A stretch of DNA of 37,979 bases. Source: a virus (taxonomy: Duplodnaviria; Caudoviricetes). The stretch covers positions 1-37,979 of IMG/VR virus record IMGVR_UViG_3300033067_000735. One strand, 5' to 3'. The position numbers and the translations under genes were made by a program. Of this stretch, positions 26,285 to 34,769 are shown one piece after another. The notes beneath the pieces are model-generated. The model saw nothing but the letters and a program-made list of their open reading frames with translations. It was not told where the DNA came from and did not search any database. Numbering within the stretch: position 1 is the stretch's first letter; every line of letters begins with the position of its first letter.

Positions 26285-28336
26285 ATGGCGTGGTCGAGCG
26301 AAGATCAGAACCCCACCATGGGGCCTTCCGCCGCCTATGGCGGGGGCAACTACGCGGCGCAACTGAATGCCGTGTCCTACAATCCCCTGTCGGGCGGATC
26401 GTCCAGCACTGGCATGGCGACGACTACCACGGCCGCGAGCAGCGCGCCGACCTATGCTGACCGACTGAACGCGACGAACCCGGCCCAGCCCAAAACGACA
26501 AGCCAGGCGCTTTCGGCGTCCGCCAAGAAGGGGCCGGCACGCACCGAGGCCCCGACGCGCCCGCCTGACCCGGTGGCCTCGGCGCGTCAGTACCTTGCGA
26601 GCGTCGGCGTGAACAGCGCCTCGATGAATCGCCAGGGCTTCAATCAGGCGATCGGGCGGATGCGCCCCGACTTCGTGGTCGGCCTTGCCAATGCCGTTCG
26701 GCAGGCTCGCAGCGAGGGCATCGGCGTCGGCCCCAACTCCACCTTCCGCGATCCGGTGCTCGACCCCGGCGGCTACAAGGACAAGTGGAACAGCATGCAC
26801 GGCTACGGGATGGGTAGCGACGTGCAGGGCATCGGCGGCAGGGGGTCAGAGGACGCGGTGCGCTTCTCTCAGATCGCAGAGGAGAACGGCATCACGAACC
26901 CCTACGGCCCCTACAACAAGGCCGAATACAACCACTATCAGCTCGTCGATCAGAAGGGGCGTCAGTTCCGCGAGGCCAACCCCGCAGCCACGCCAGCCCT
27001 TCGCGCCTATCGCGAGGCCGGCTCGCCTGTATTCAACCCGCCCGACCCGCGCATGTCGCCCCGCACGTCGCCGGCCTTCGGCGCTCAGGGCGCCCGTGGC
27101 CCGATGCCGAACGACTACCCGGACCCGACCGGGCGCGGCTATGAGCCCGCCCCGGAACTTGCGGCGCTGTGGGCCGCGACGGGCTATCAGGGTGGCGCGG
27201 GCGACTTCAACACCCCGCCCGAGCCCATGGTCGCCTCGGCAGGGAACGACGCCATGGCCGGCGGCAACATGCCTCCCAATCCCCGAATGCGTCCCGACCG
27301 CACGCAGATGGCCTACGCGCCGGCCCCAGAGGCACAGGCGCCGTTCGACGCCGTGCTTGACCCGTCGGCCGATCGTCGCCCGCAGCCGCCCACGCCCCGC
27401 ACCAGGCCGCAACGCGACACGTTGCAGGCCCCGGCCCCGACTGGCGGGGAGTACGTCGTGCGGCGCGGTGACAACCTGACCAAGATCGCCCGTCAGGCAG
27501 GCGTCTCGGTCCAGGAACTCGCCCGCGCCAATGGCATCCGCAACCCAGACCAGATCGACGTGGGCCAGCGGCTCGTCATGCCCGGTGGGCAGGCTCAGGC
27601 CCCTGCCGCCCCGCCCCGCCGCGAGGTCGCCATGCCGTCGCCTCGACCCCGGCCCGAACGCGGGGCGAACGTACCCAACCCCCGGATGCGTCCTCAGCAA
27701 TCGCAGGCCCCGCAGTGGTCGGCGGCAGATCAGGCAACCGAGGTCGACGCGAACGGCAACTACGTCAACCAGCCGGCGCCACAGTCCCAGCCCCGCCGTC
27801 AGGGCGGCATGAACACCGAGGCCGACGTGCAGGCGTCGGTGGCCGACTATCGGCAGCGCAACATCGCTAATGGCCTTCCCGAAGGTCCGGACCTTGAGGC
27901 GGCGGTGCAGCGCTATGAGCAGGACTTGCGCCAGCGAGCGGGTATCGCCCGTCCCGACAGCGGGGCAGCGGACATCGGCCGCGCCGTGTCCAACTTTCGC
28001 TCCCGCGCGCTCCAATCCGGCGTCCAACCCGGCCCGGTCCTCGACGAAGCCACCCGGCGGTTTGAGGAAGCGTACCGCTCCAATGCAGCCGGCGGTCAGC
28101 CCCAGGCGGCCCTTGAGCCCGGCATGGACAACACCGGCCTCATCCGCCCCGTGACGGCGCAAGAACGCGCGTTGCAGCAGAACGCTCGCCTTCCGCTGCC
28201 GACCGGCCAGCAGCCCATGGACCCGCGCAATGCGGCTCAAATGGACATGGCCGACGGCGTGTTCCGTCCCATCGCCGTGCCCGGCGGCCCTCCGTGGGTC
28301 GCCAGCAACGGCATTCGCTTCTATGCGGCGAGGTAG
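26285..28336 (+). CDS. Virion-associated peptidoglycan hydrolase: M15-type Zn peptidase plus LysM, with long disordered linkers
   Basis: STFR...SMHGYGMGSD...EYNH metal-ligand pattern; LysM YVVRRGDNLTKIARQAGVSVQELARANGIRNPDQIDVGQRLVMP. Confidence 0.8.
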   Translation: MAWSSEDQNPTMGPSAAYGGGNYAAQLNAVSYNPLSGGSSSTGMATTTTAASSAPTYADRLNATNPAQPKTTSQALSASAKKGPARTEAPTRPPDPVASARQYLASVGVNSASMNRQGFNQAIGRMRPDFVVGLANAVRQARSEGIGVGPNSTFRDPVLDPGGYKDKWNSMHGYGMGSDVQGIGGRGSEDAVRFSQIAEENGITNPYGPYNKAEYNHYQLVDQKGRQFREANPAATPALRAYREAGSPVFNPPDPRMSPRTSPAFGAQGARGPMPNDYPDPTGRGYEPAPELAALWAATGYQGGAGDFNTPPEPMVASAGNDAMAGGNMPPNPRMRPDRTQMAYAPAPEAQAPFDAVLDPSADRRPQPPTPRTRPQRDTLQAPAPTGGEYVVRRGDNLTKIARQAGVSVQELARANGIRNPDQIDVGQRLVMPGGQAQAPAAPPRREVAMPSPRPRPERGANVPNPRMRPQQSQAPQWSAADQATEVDANGNYVNQPAPQSQPRRQGGMNTEADVQASVADYRQRNIANGLPEGPDLEAAVQRYEQDLRQRAGIARPDSGAADIGRAVSNFRSRALQSGVQPGPVLDEATRRFEEAYRSNAAGGQPQAALEPGMDNTGLIRPVTAQERALQQNARLPLPTGQQPMDPRNAAQMDMADGVFRPIAVPGGPPWVASNGIRFYAAR

Positions 28337-28342
28337 TCCCAG

Positions 28343-30103
28343 ATGGCGCAATACAAGGTCAAGGGTCCGGACGGCGGCGACTACCAGTTCGAGGCCGCGA
28401 GCGATGCCGAAGCCGCTGCGGCAGTGGACGAGTTGTTCGCTACGCAGGGCGGGCAGCAACAGCCGCAGGCCCCCCAGGCTCCGCAGCAATCGCAAGACCC
28501 CGCGTTCCAGAACGTCGACACGGCAGGCCAGTTCGACGCCGCGTTCAATCAGGGCGCTCCCCAGAACATGGACGCATTCCGTCCGAAGATGGAAGCAGCG
28601 CGCCCGGCGATGATGGATGCCGCGGACCAGCAGATCAACGGCGAGGCGGACAACGCCGGCCGGTTCTGGGAGTTCACCAACAGCCTCAACCTCGGCTTCG
28701 GTGACGAGCTTTCCGGCGCGCTGGCGGGCGGGCTCGAATGGGCACAAGGCGGCAGTTTCGACGCGGGCTATGAGCAGAAGGTCAACGCCATCCGCGAGAC
28801 GCGGAAGGGCTACCGCGACCGTCATCCCGTGGAGTCCGCAGCGATCGGCTTTGCCGGCGCTCTCCCGTCCGCGATGATCCCCGGCACTGCCGCGGTGCGC
28901 GGCACGTCCCTCGCCGGCAAGATGGCGCGCGGTGCCGCGGCGGGTGCCGGCTATGGGGCGGTCTCCGGCTACGGTGAGGGCGAAGGTGGTGTCGCGAACC
29001 GGGCGGAGAGTGCGGCCGTCGGTGCTGCCGTGGGCGGCGGCATCGGTGCCGCAGTCCCAGCCGTCGGCGCTGGCATCGGCAGGGCCGTGGGCAAGCGGGC
29101 AGGGCAGGCGGCGGTCCCGACCGTCGAGCAGTTGGACGATGCCGCCAAGGCACTCTACCAGCGCGCCGATAACGCCGGCATCGCCATCCAGCCCCGTGCG
29201 GTTCAGCGCCTTACTTCGGTCCTCCCCCAGCGCCTTGCCAACATGGGCTTTGACCCGGTACTGCACCCGAGGTCGGCCCGCGTCGTCCAGGTGCTTGAGG
29301 AGCGGGTGACTGCGGCGATGCAACCGACGAACGGCGCCCACACGGTCCTGTCTCTCGGCGAGGTCGAGAACATGCGCCGCGTCATCCGGCAGGCGATCTC
29401 CTCGGCGTCCGGCCCGGACAGCAAGGCTGACCGGCAGATGGCCAACCGCATCCTCGACCAGTTCGATAACTGGATGACCGGCCTCCAGCCAAAGGACATG
29501 CTCTCGGCTGGGCCGGGCGGCGTCCCCGGTCGCGAGGCAATCCAGATCGTGCAGGAAGCGCGGGGCCTGTGGACGCGCAAGTCCAAGGGCGACGTGCTGG
29601 CCGATCTGGTCGAACAGGCGCAGCTTTCGGACAATTTCGAGGGCGCGTTGAGGAGCAAGTTCCGCACGCTCGCCAACAACAAGGAACGCATGCGCCAGTT
29701 CACGGCGGGCGAGAAAGACGCAATCCGCAACGTTGCCAAGGGCGGCCCCATGGGCTGGCTCATGCGGGCGGTCGGTTCGTTCGCTCCAGGTGCCACGCCG
29801 AGCGGCGTTGTACGGGGCACCATCGGCACCGGAGCGGGCTTTGCCGCCGGCGGCCCGGCGGGCGCTGCAGTCGTCCCCGCCGTGTCCTACGGCGCCAAGA
29901 AGCTCGCCGAACGCTCGATCCGAAACGCTGCCAGCAAGGCCGACACGATCGTCCGCGGTGGTGGCGCAGTTCCCATCGACGCGAAGGCGGCAAAGACTGC
30001 CGGCGACTATGCCACCCGCCTAATCGGCGCGGCTGGTCAGGCGGGCATCCCGCGTCCGGGGATCGAAGTGATGTTCCCCAACGATAGCCCTGCCTACCGC
30101 TGA
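28343..30103 (+). CDS. DNA ejection protein (P22 gp16-like position)
   Basis: YKVKGPDG N-terminus, LGFGDEL, Gly/Ala hydrophobic helices, QFTAGEKDAIRNV. Confidence 0.7.
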   Translation: MAQYKVKGPDGGDYQFEAASDAEAAAAVDELFATQGGQQQPQAPQAPQQSQDPAFQNVDTAGQFDAAFNQGAPQNMDAFRPKMEAARPAMMDAADQQINGEADNAGRFWEFTNSLNLGFGDELSGALAGGLEWAQGGSFDAGYEQKVNAIRETRKGYRDRHPVESAAIGFAGALPSAMIPGTAAVRGTSLAGKMARGAAAGAGYGAVSGYGEGEGGVANRAESAAVGAAVGGGIGAAVPAVGAGIGRAVGKRAGQAAVPTVEQLDDAAKALYQRADNAGIAIQPRAVQRLTSVLPQRLANMGFDPVLHPRSARVVQVLEERVTAAMQPTNGAHTVLSLGEVENMRRVIRQAISSASGPDSKADRQMANRILDQFDNWMTGLQPKDMLSAGPGGVPGREAIQIVQEARGLWTRKSKGDVLADLVEQAQLSDNFEGALRSKFRTLANNKERMRQFTAGEKDAIRNVAKGGPMGWLMRAVGSFAPGATPSGVVRGTIGTGAGFAAGGPAGAAVVPAVSYGAKKLAERSIRNAASKADTIVRGGGAVPIDAKAAKTAGDYATRLIGAAGQAGIPRPGIEVMFPNDSPAYR

Positions 30104-30289
30104 CCTGCGACGGTCGAGCCATTGCTTGCCGTAATAGGAGGCGATGGCCGTGGCGAGTAGGGCATCCACCACATAGACGCCCCACATCGGCAGGGCGTGG
30201 ATGAACGACGACCACAGGAACGACCACGCGCCGAGGATGGCGAAAAACGCCGCGATCATCGCGACCCGAAGCCTGAGCGGGATGTGCAT
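30020..30289 (-). CDS. Small two-TM membrane protein, possible superinfection-exclusion moron
   Basis: Two hydrophobic segments; convergent with the last ejection gene; TAGGAT six bases before ATG. Confidence 0.6.
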   Translation of the reverse strand: MHIPLRLRVAMIAAFFAILGAWSFLWSSFIHALPMWGVYVVDALLATAIASYYGKQWLDRRRSAVGRAIVGEHHFDPRTRDARLTSRAD

Positions 30290-30338
30290 CGGCGCATCCT
30301 AGCACGCCTCCCCTGATCCTTCCACATCGGAGACTGAC

Positions 30339-30974
30339 ATGACGCTTTTCACGGACAAGGCTCCGTGGGTGATGAATCTGCTGCGCGCGGATTTCAATCT
30401 CACGGTGGAAGAGGCCGCCGCCATCCTCGGCAACATCGGCCATGAATGCGCGGGGTTCGCCAAGTTCCAGGAACAGAAGCCGACCGTGAAGGGCTCGCGC
30501 GGCGGCTTCGGCTGGTGCCAGTGGACTGCGGGACGCCGCGTCGCCTTCGAGGCGTACTGCAAGCGCAACAAGCTCGACCCCATGTCGGACGAGGCCAACT
30601 ACGGCTTCCTCTTCACCGAACTGAAGGGGACGGAGAAGGCGGCCATCCCGGCGATCAAGAAGGCGACCGGCCTTGAGGGCAAGGTGGCGGCCTTCGAGCG
30701 CAGTTTCGAGCGAGCTGGCGTCATCAACATGCCGAGCCGGATGCGCTACGCCAATCAGGCGCTGGCAGCGTGGAAGATCAAGCAGGACGCCCGGCCGCCG
30801 TATCCGGTTGCGCCCGTGCCCGCCACGAAGCCTGTCACGCCGCCGCCATTGCCCGGCGCTCAACCCGGGTCAGCGCCGGCCGACCCCGGTCCAACTCGTG
30901 CAGAAAATGCACAGGTTGCCGCCCCCGGCTGGCTCGCCCGGTTCTTCCTCTGGCTCTCGGGCCGCTCCGCCTGA
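30339..30974 (+). CDS. Endolysin with phage-tail-lysozyme-like domain and Pro-rich/amphipathic tail
   Basis: AAAILGNIGHEC, GGFGWCQWT..RR and FERSFERAG motifs; heads the lysis cluster. Confidence 0.8.
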   Translation: MTLFTDKAPWVMNLLRADFNLTVEEAAAILGNIGHECAGFAKFQEQKPTVKGSRGGFGWCQWTAGRRVAFEAYCKRNKLDPMSDEANYGFLFTELKGTEKAAIPAIKKATGLEGKVAAFERSFERAGVINMPSRMRYANQALAAWKIKQDARPPYPVAPVPATKPVTPPPLPGAQPGSAPADPGPTRAENAQVAAPGWLARFFLWLSGRSA

Positions 30975-31022
30975 GTTCTTTGCAGAAAACGCAAAGAACC
31001 CCCTCACCGAAAGGACACCGCA

Positions 31023-31439
31023 ATGCCCATCCCCGTCATCCTCGCCGGGGCCGTCGCCAAGGTCGCGCTCGGTCCTGTCGTCAAGGCCGCCGTCGCCAAG
31101 GCGGTGACCAAGGTCGCGGACAGCCCCTACATCCCCGAGGTCAACAAGGCGGACGCTGCCCCGGTGGCAAGCGCAGTCATCGAAGCGCTGGGGCAGGACC
31201 CGCAGTTCGTGAACGCCTCGAACAGTGAGCCGTTCTATCAGAGCGGTATCGCGTGGGGCGCGGGCGTCACCGCCTTGGGCGTACTGGTGCCGATGGTCGC
31301 CGGCCTCTTCGGCTTCGATGTATCGACTGAGCGCGTTGTCGAGGTCGGCGGCTCGATCGTAACGATCGTCGGCATTCTGTACACGCTCTATCGTCGGTTC
31401 ACGCCCGGCCTCAAGCCGCTGTTCTCCCGGAAGGCCTGA
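31023..31439 (+). CDS. Holin-like membrane protein
   Basis: EPFYQS followed by two TM segments and a basic C-terminus; follows the endolysin. Confidence 0.65.
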   Translation: MPIPVILAGAVAKVALGPVVKAAVAKAVTKVADSPYIPEVNKADAAPVASAVIEALGQDPQFVNASNSEPFYQSGIAWGAGVTALGVLVPMVAGLFGFDVSTERVVEVGGSIVTIVGILYTLYRRFTPGLKPLFSRKA

Positions 31440-31443
31440 CCCG

Positions 31444-31770
31444 ATGGCCGAGCCGACCCTCAACGATGTCTACCTCCAGCTCGGCCGGCTCACCGAAGGC
31501 ATCGAGGGCCTGACCGACAAGATATCCGAGGCCAAGTCCGACCGGGAGAAACTCGCCGAGAAGGTCGACGGCATCGCCGACCGCACTGCCCGCCTGGAAC
31601 AGATCGTCGAGAAGATCGAGCCGACGGTCGACGGGCTTGCCAACATCCGGGCAAAGGCGATCGGCGGACTCGCCGTCATCGTGTTCGTGGGTGGTGTGGT
31701 CGGCTGGCTCGCCGGCCTCTGGATCACGGAACTGAAGCTGTGGCTGGTCCGGGTCATCGCCGGGCATTGA
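31444..31770 (+). CDS. Coiled-coil protein with C-terminal TM (lysis-cluster accessory)
   Basis: Heptad pattern then IGGLAVIVFVGGVVGWL. Confidence 0.7.
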   Translation: MAEPTLNDVYLQLGRLTEGIEGLTDKISEAKSDREKLAEKVDGIADRTARLEQIVEKIEPTVDGLANIRAKAIGGLAVIVFVGGVVGWLAGLWITELKLWLVRVIAGH

Positions 31771-31772
31771 GT

Positions 31773-31960
31773 GCTGGCGAGGCCGGCATTCCCCGATATT
31801 AGGCTTAGGCGCTGGGACCCATGCGTCGGGTGCGGTTGCCGGCACTGTAGCTAATCGTCGCGCATTCGCGCTCGCCAGTCTCAAAGCCCGATGCCGAAGC
31901 AGAGCGGGAACCTGTTGCGCGCCTAGTCCGCTCGCTTCCCACCCCGGCTTGGCGGGAGCA
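31773..31960 (+). ncRNA. Candidate structured RNA downstream of the lysis genes
   Basis: Nested pairings CTGGCGAG/CTCGCCAG, GCCGGCA/TGCCGGC and CCCGAT/GTCGGG; strand uncertain. Confidence 0.35.
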
Positions 31961-32081
31961 GCGTGGTCATTGAAGTCTGCCGAGGCAGAAATCTACCACA
32001 CCCTGTACCGCCTCACGGGCATTCGCCTCGTCCGACTGGCGCGCCCTTCCTCCTACCACCAACCCAACCGAAAGGGAATCC

Positions 32082-32489
32082 ATGCCCCGCATCATTCTTG
32101 CGGCCGTCGCCGCTTGCCTTCTGCTCGCCGCCCCCGCATCCGCCGCCCAGTCCTGCATGACGTGGGAGGACGGCGTTCGCACCGCTGCCGAGTTCTCCCG
32201 TGACCGCAACGATCGCATCGCCGCGGTCCTTCTCACGGCAGAGGAAACCGCTGCCACCTGGAACGCTCTCTTCCCCGGCAAGGAAGGCCCGCACGTCCTC
32301 GGCGTCATGGTCAGCCAGTCCGAATCGGACAAGGCGTTCATCGCCGGCTTCGACGAGGGCGGGTGTCTCGTCGGCTCCGGCAGCCTTCCGTTCGGCCCGG
32401 TCATCGACGCCATGGTCACGGTCGGCGTGAAGTCCACCTTCGCCATCATCGCGCCGGCCCCGGCTGAGGCGCCGAGCGAAGGCGCCTGA
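32082..32489 (+). CDS. Secreted/periplasmic protein with signal peptide
   Basis: MPRIILAAVAACLLLAAPASA signal; AAAGGGAA RBS; two further Cys. Confidence 0.75.
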   Translation: MPRIILAAVAACLLLAAPASAAQSCMTWEDGVRTAAEFSRDRNDRIAAVLLTAEETAATWNALFPGKEGPHVLGVMVSQSESDKAFIAGFDEGGCLVGSGSLPFGPVIDAMVTVGVKSTFAIIAPAPAEAPSEGA

Positions 32490-32490
32490 C

Positions 32491-32571
32491 ATGGACAGGG
32501 GCGACCTAGCGCTCCTGTTCATTGGCGCTCTGCTCGTGGTGGCCGCTGGCATTGCCGTGCTGGCGGCGTGA
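32491..32571 (+). CDS. 26-aa single-TM peptide (MDRGDLALLFIGALLVVAAGIAVLAA)
   Basis: Starts one base after the upstream stop; hydrophobic. Confidence 0.5.
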   Translation: MDRGDLALLFIGALLVVAAGIAVLAA

Positions 32572-32587
32572 GCCTACATCCCGCCCC

Positions 32588-32797
32588 ATGGCCTTCACCC
32601 CGTCGCCCCCAATCCGCATCCTCCGCACCCAGGGCGGGCTCAAGGTCGTGGACGGGTCGGGCCGACCGCTCGCCTACGTCTACACCCGCGAATCGGAGGC
32701 CGATGCCCGCCATGCCGGCGTGCTGACGGAAGCCGAGGGCGAGGAGGTCGCGAAGGTCATCGCGAGGGCGATGCAGTACGCGGCGGGGACTTCTTGA
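32588..32797 (+). CDS. Hypothetical 69-aa protein
   Basis: VVDGSGRPLAYVY...LTEAE...A..IAR pattern; TTGCCG-N17-TACATC seven bases before ATG. Confidence 0.7.
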   Translation: MAFTPSPPIRILRTQGGLKVVDGSGRPLAYVYTRESEADARHAGVLTEAEGEEVAKVIARAMQYAAGTS

Positions 32798-32866
32798 TCA
32801 GCCGCTCGAAGCCGAACAGCCCCACTTCTCGGCGACCATGGCCGGCGTCAATGCCCGCTCAACCAT
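32798..32866 (-). pseudogene. Truncated excisionase-like HTH stub (MVERALTPAMVAEKWGCSASSG)
   Basis: GAGGGA RBS, overlaps the upstream stop; resembles the first helix of MerR-type/Xis HTH; last ORF of the leftward arm. Confidence 0.55.
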
Positions 32867-33608
32867 CCCGTCCCTCACTGGCCTGTGGCTCGGAGAGGAG
32901 GGCGGACAGCGCGTGGATTTCGGTTAAGCAACCGGCCCATGATGAACGCTGAAGCGCAATCTCCAGCCCGCCCCGCAATCTCTCCACCAGGGCGGTGGCC
33001 TCGTCGCGCTGGCGCTCGGCTTCCGCCAGTTGCGTTGAAAACTGCCTGAGGTCTGGCGACGCTTCTTGCTGCCGCGCGGACAGGGTCACTGTCTCAAGGG
33101 TGAGTTCCGTCTCGGCGAGGCGCTGTTCCAGGTCGGCGATGCGCTTCGCCGAGGGCTCCGGCACGATGGCGCACAGAGCGAAGTCGCGCTCACCGTTCTT
33201 GTCGAGGTCGAAGGCACGGAGGAACCACTGGAAGCCTTCGTGCCAGTCGCTGTTGCCGAAGTAGACCCGGATCGGCCGTGCCCGGCGAATGGAATACTCG
33301 CCTCGCCAATTCGTGTAGCCGAACGTCAATGCCTCCCCTCCATCCGAGGTCGCTGCGGGTGGGGTGGGGGCCTTGCGACAGGCATTGTCGCATTCGATGC
33401 CGGCCATGCACTTGTCCGAACACGGCGCAAGGACTGCCCCCACAGGAGCGGGGGAGAGCTTGGCGATCTCGTCGCGGGCGATCTCGCGGGCCAGCGCGGC
33501 GATACCGATGGCGATGGAAGAGGCGACGATCGGTCCCGCTCCCAGCGTCCGCATCCACTCGCCAACAGCGACTTGGGCAGGATCGATGCGTGCGTCATCG
33601 ATGCTCAT
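32859..33608 (-). CDS. Mosaic protein with a central WYL-like domain and coiled coil
   Basis: YTNWRGEYSIRRARPIRVYFG...WFLRAFDLDKNGERDFAL. Confidence 0.7.
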   Translation of the reverse strand: MSIDDARIDPAQVAVGEWMRTLGAGPIVASSIAIGIAALAREIARDEIAKLSPAPVGAVLAPCSDKCMAGIECDNACRKAPTPPAATSDGGEALTFGYTNWRGEYSIRRARPIRVYFGNSDWHEGFQWFLRAFDLDKNGERDFALCAIVPEPSAKRIADLEQRLAETELTLETVTLSARQQEASPDLRQFSTQLAEAERQRDEATALVERLRGGLEIALQRSSWAGCLTEIHALSALLSEPQASEGRDG

Positions 33609-33961
33609 GGTGCCTCCGGGGGTGTCGTCGTGGATAGCTTGGCGGGATCGCAGCCAAGGATCACTGCGACCAGCCCTTCATCAAGAGCGTGGGTTATGAT
33701 TGCGCGCGCCAGTTTGCTTGGCGGGATATCGTAGCTGGCCGCGTATTGATTCAACTGCTCGCGCTCGTCCACGGACAAAGCGATCCATGATCGAGACATC
33801 TTATCAACTGGGTGCCCCTCGCGCCGGAGACGGAACAGTGTGCTGGCGACGTTGGCATACGAGACGTCTAACTCCCCAGCAATCTCGTCCGTCGTCCACC
33901 CTTTCTTGTGGAGATCGAGTACCTCCCGCCGAAGAACGCCATTTGCCCGCTTCGCCATCAC
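33605..33961 (-). CDS. HTH DNA-binding protein
   Basis: GWTTDEIAGELDVSYANVASTLFRLR plus a possible ribbon-helix-helix C-terminus. Confidence 0.7.
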   Translation of the reverse strand: MMAKRANGVLRREVLDLHKKGWTTDEIAGELDVSYANVASTLFRLRREGHPVDKMSRSWIALSVDEREQLNQYAASYDIPPSKLARAIITHALDEGLVAVILGCDPAKLSTTTPPEAP

Positions 33962-34578
33962 TCCTGTCCCTGTGCCGGGGAGAGGGCGGCGCGGACCTCG
34001 TCACTGGCTTCAAGGCACGTTTCAAGGTGCGCAACCCGAGCCTTGAGGGCGTCCCGCTCGGCTTCGACAGCCTTACACCGGTCCTTCCATGATTTGGCTG
34101 TGAAGGCGGTGTCGCGCCATTTGGCGATCTCCGCCTCCTTGGCAGCGAGGGCGGCGGCGGCGTCCTCGAAGCGGACCCACTGGCCGTCTGGCGTGGGGCG
34201 TACATCCCGGCCGCCATCAGCCTCGTCGTCGCGAACCCACCCGTACCGCGTCAGCCCCACCCCCTCGACAGGGGCGGAGAGGCGGTCGAGGAAGTCGGCG
34301 GCCCAAATGAGCGCGTTCTTGAACTCGCTTACAAATGCAACACGGTCGCCACTGATTTGCCGCAGCCTCTCCGCCAGTGTCTTTGCCTCTGCCGCCGCCC
34401 GCTCCCTCATAGCCTCCTCGGCCCGGTGGCGTTCCGAGAGGAGAGCGGCGTAGATGGCGTCGCGTAGAGCGCGGGCCTTCGGGTACAGCCGCCAATCCCC
34501 GAAGAAGGGGATGCAGGTGTCCATCAGCCCATCCGCCACGGCCATCAGCACCGGGTCACGGTCTGCGGGGTTAGTCAT
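33958..34578 (-). CDS. Mosaic early protein (Ea22/Ead-like position)
   Basis: Coupled ORF; LTRY...DGQWVRFEDA and coiled-coil segments. Confidence 0.65.
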   Translation of the reverse strand: MTNPADRDPVLMAVADGLMDTCIPFFGDWRLYPKARALRDAIYAALLSERHRAEEAMRERAAAEAKTLAERLRQISGDRVAFVSEFKNALIWAADFLDRLSAPVEGVGLTRYGWVRDDEADGGRDVRPTPDGQWVRFEDAAAALAAKEAEIAKWRDTAFTAKSWKDRCKAVEAERDALKARVAHLETCLEASDEVRAALSPAQGQE

Positions 34579-34769
34579 GCGGGGCGTCCTTTGTCGTGAA
34601 TTTCCTTGATGCGGTTCATGGGGATGAACAGGTTGCCCTCCTGCTCCGGCATCTGCCCGAAGCGCCAGATGATCGCCCCCGCCGCGTCCAGCTTGTGAAG
34701 GACGCCGTCGTAGAGGCTGGCGGCCGGGAAGCCGTCATTGGTCAAGATCAGCACTCGGTGCCCGATCAT
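34575..34769 (-). CDS. Hypothetical 64-aa protein
   Basis: GGAGG RBS; MIGHRVLILTND...FIPMNRIKEI, Sm-like pattern. Confidence 0.65.
   Translation of the reverse strand: MIGHRVLILTNDGFPAASLYDGVLHKLDAAGAIIWRFGQMPEQEGNLFIPMNRIKEIHDKGRPA

Noticed and set aside
26846-29341. Very long antisense ORFs (also 16181..17869, 10426..11760, 20423..22042, 5008..6327, 23117..24370)
   Set aside because: Shadow frames of well-supported genes in high-GC DNA; no motifs or RBS, and Arg/Gly/Val-rich antisense composition
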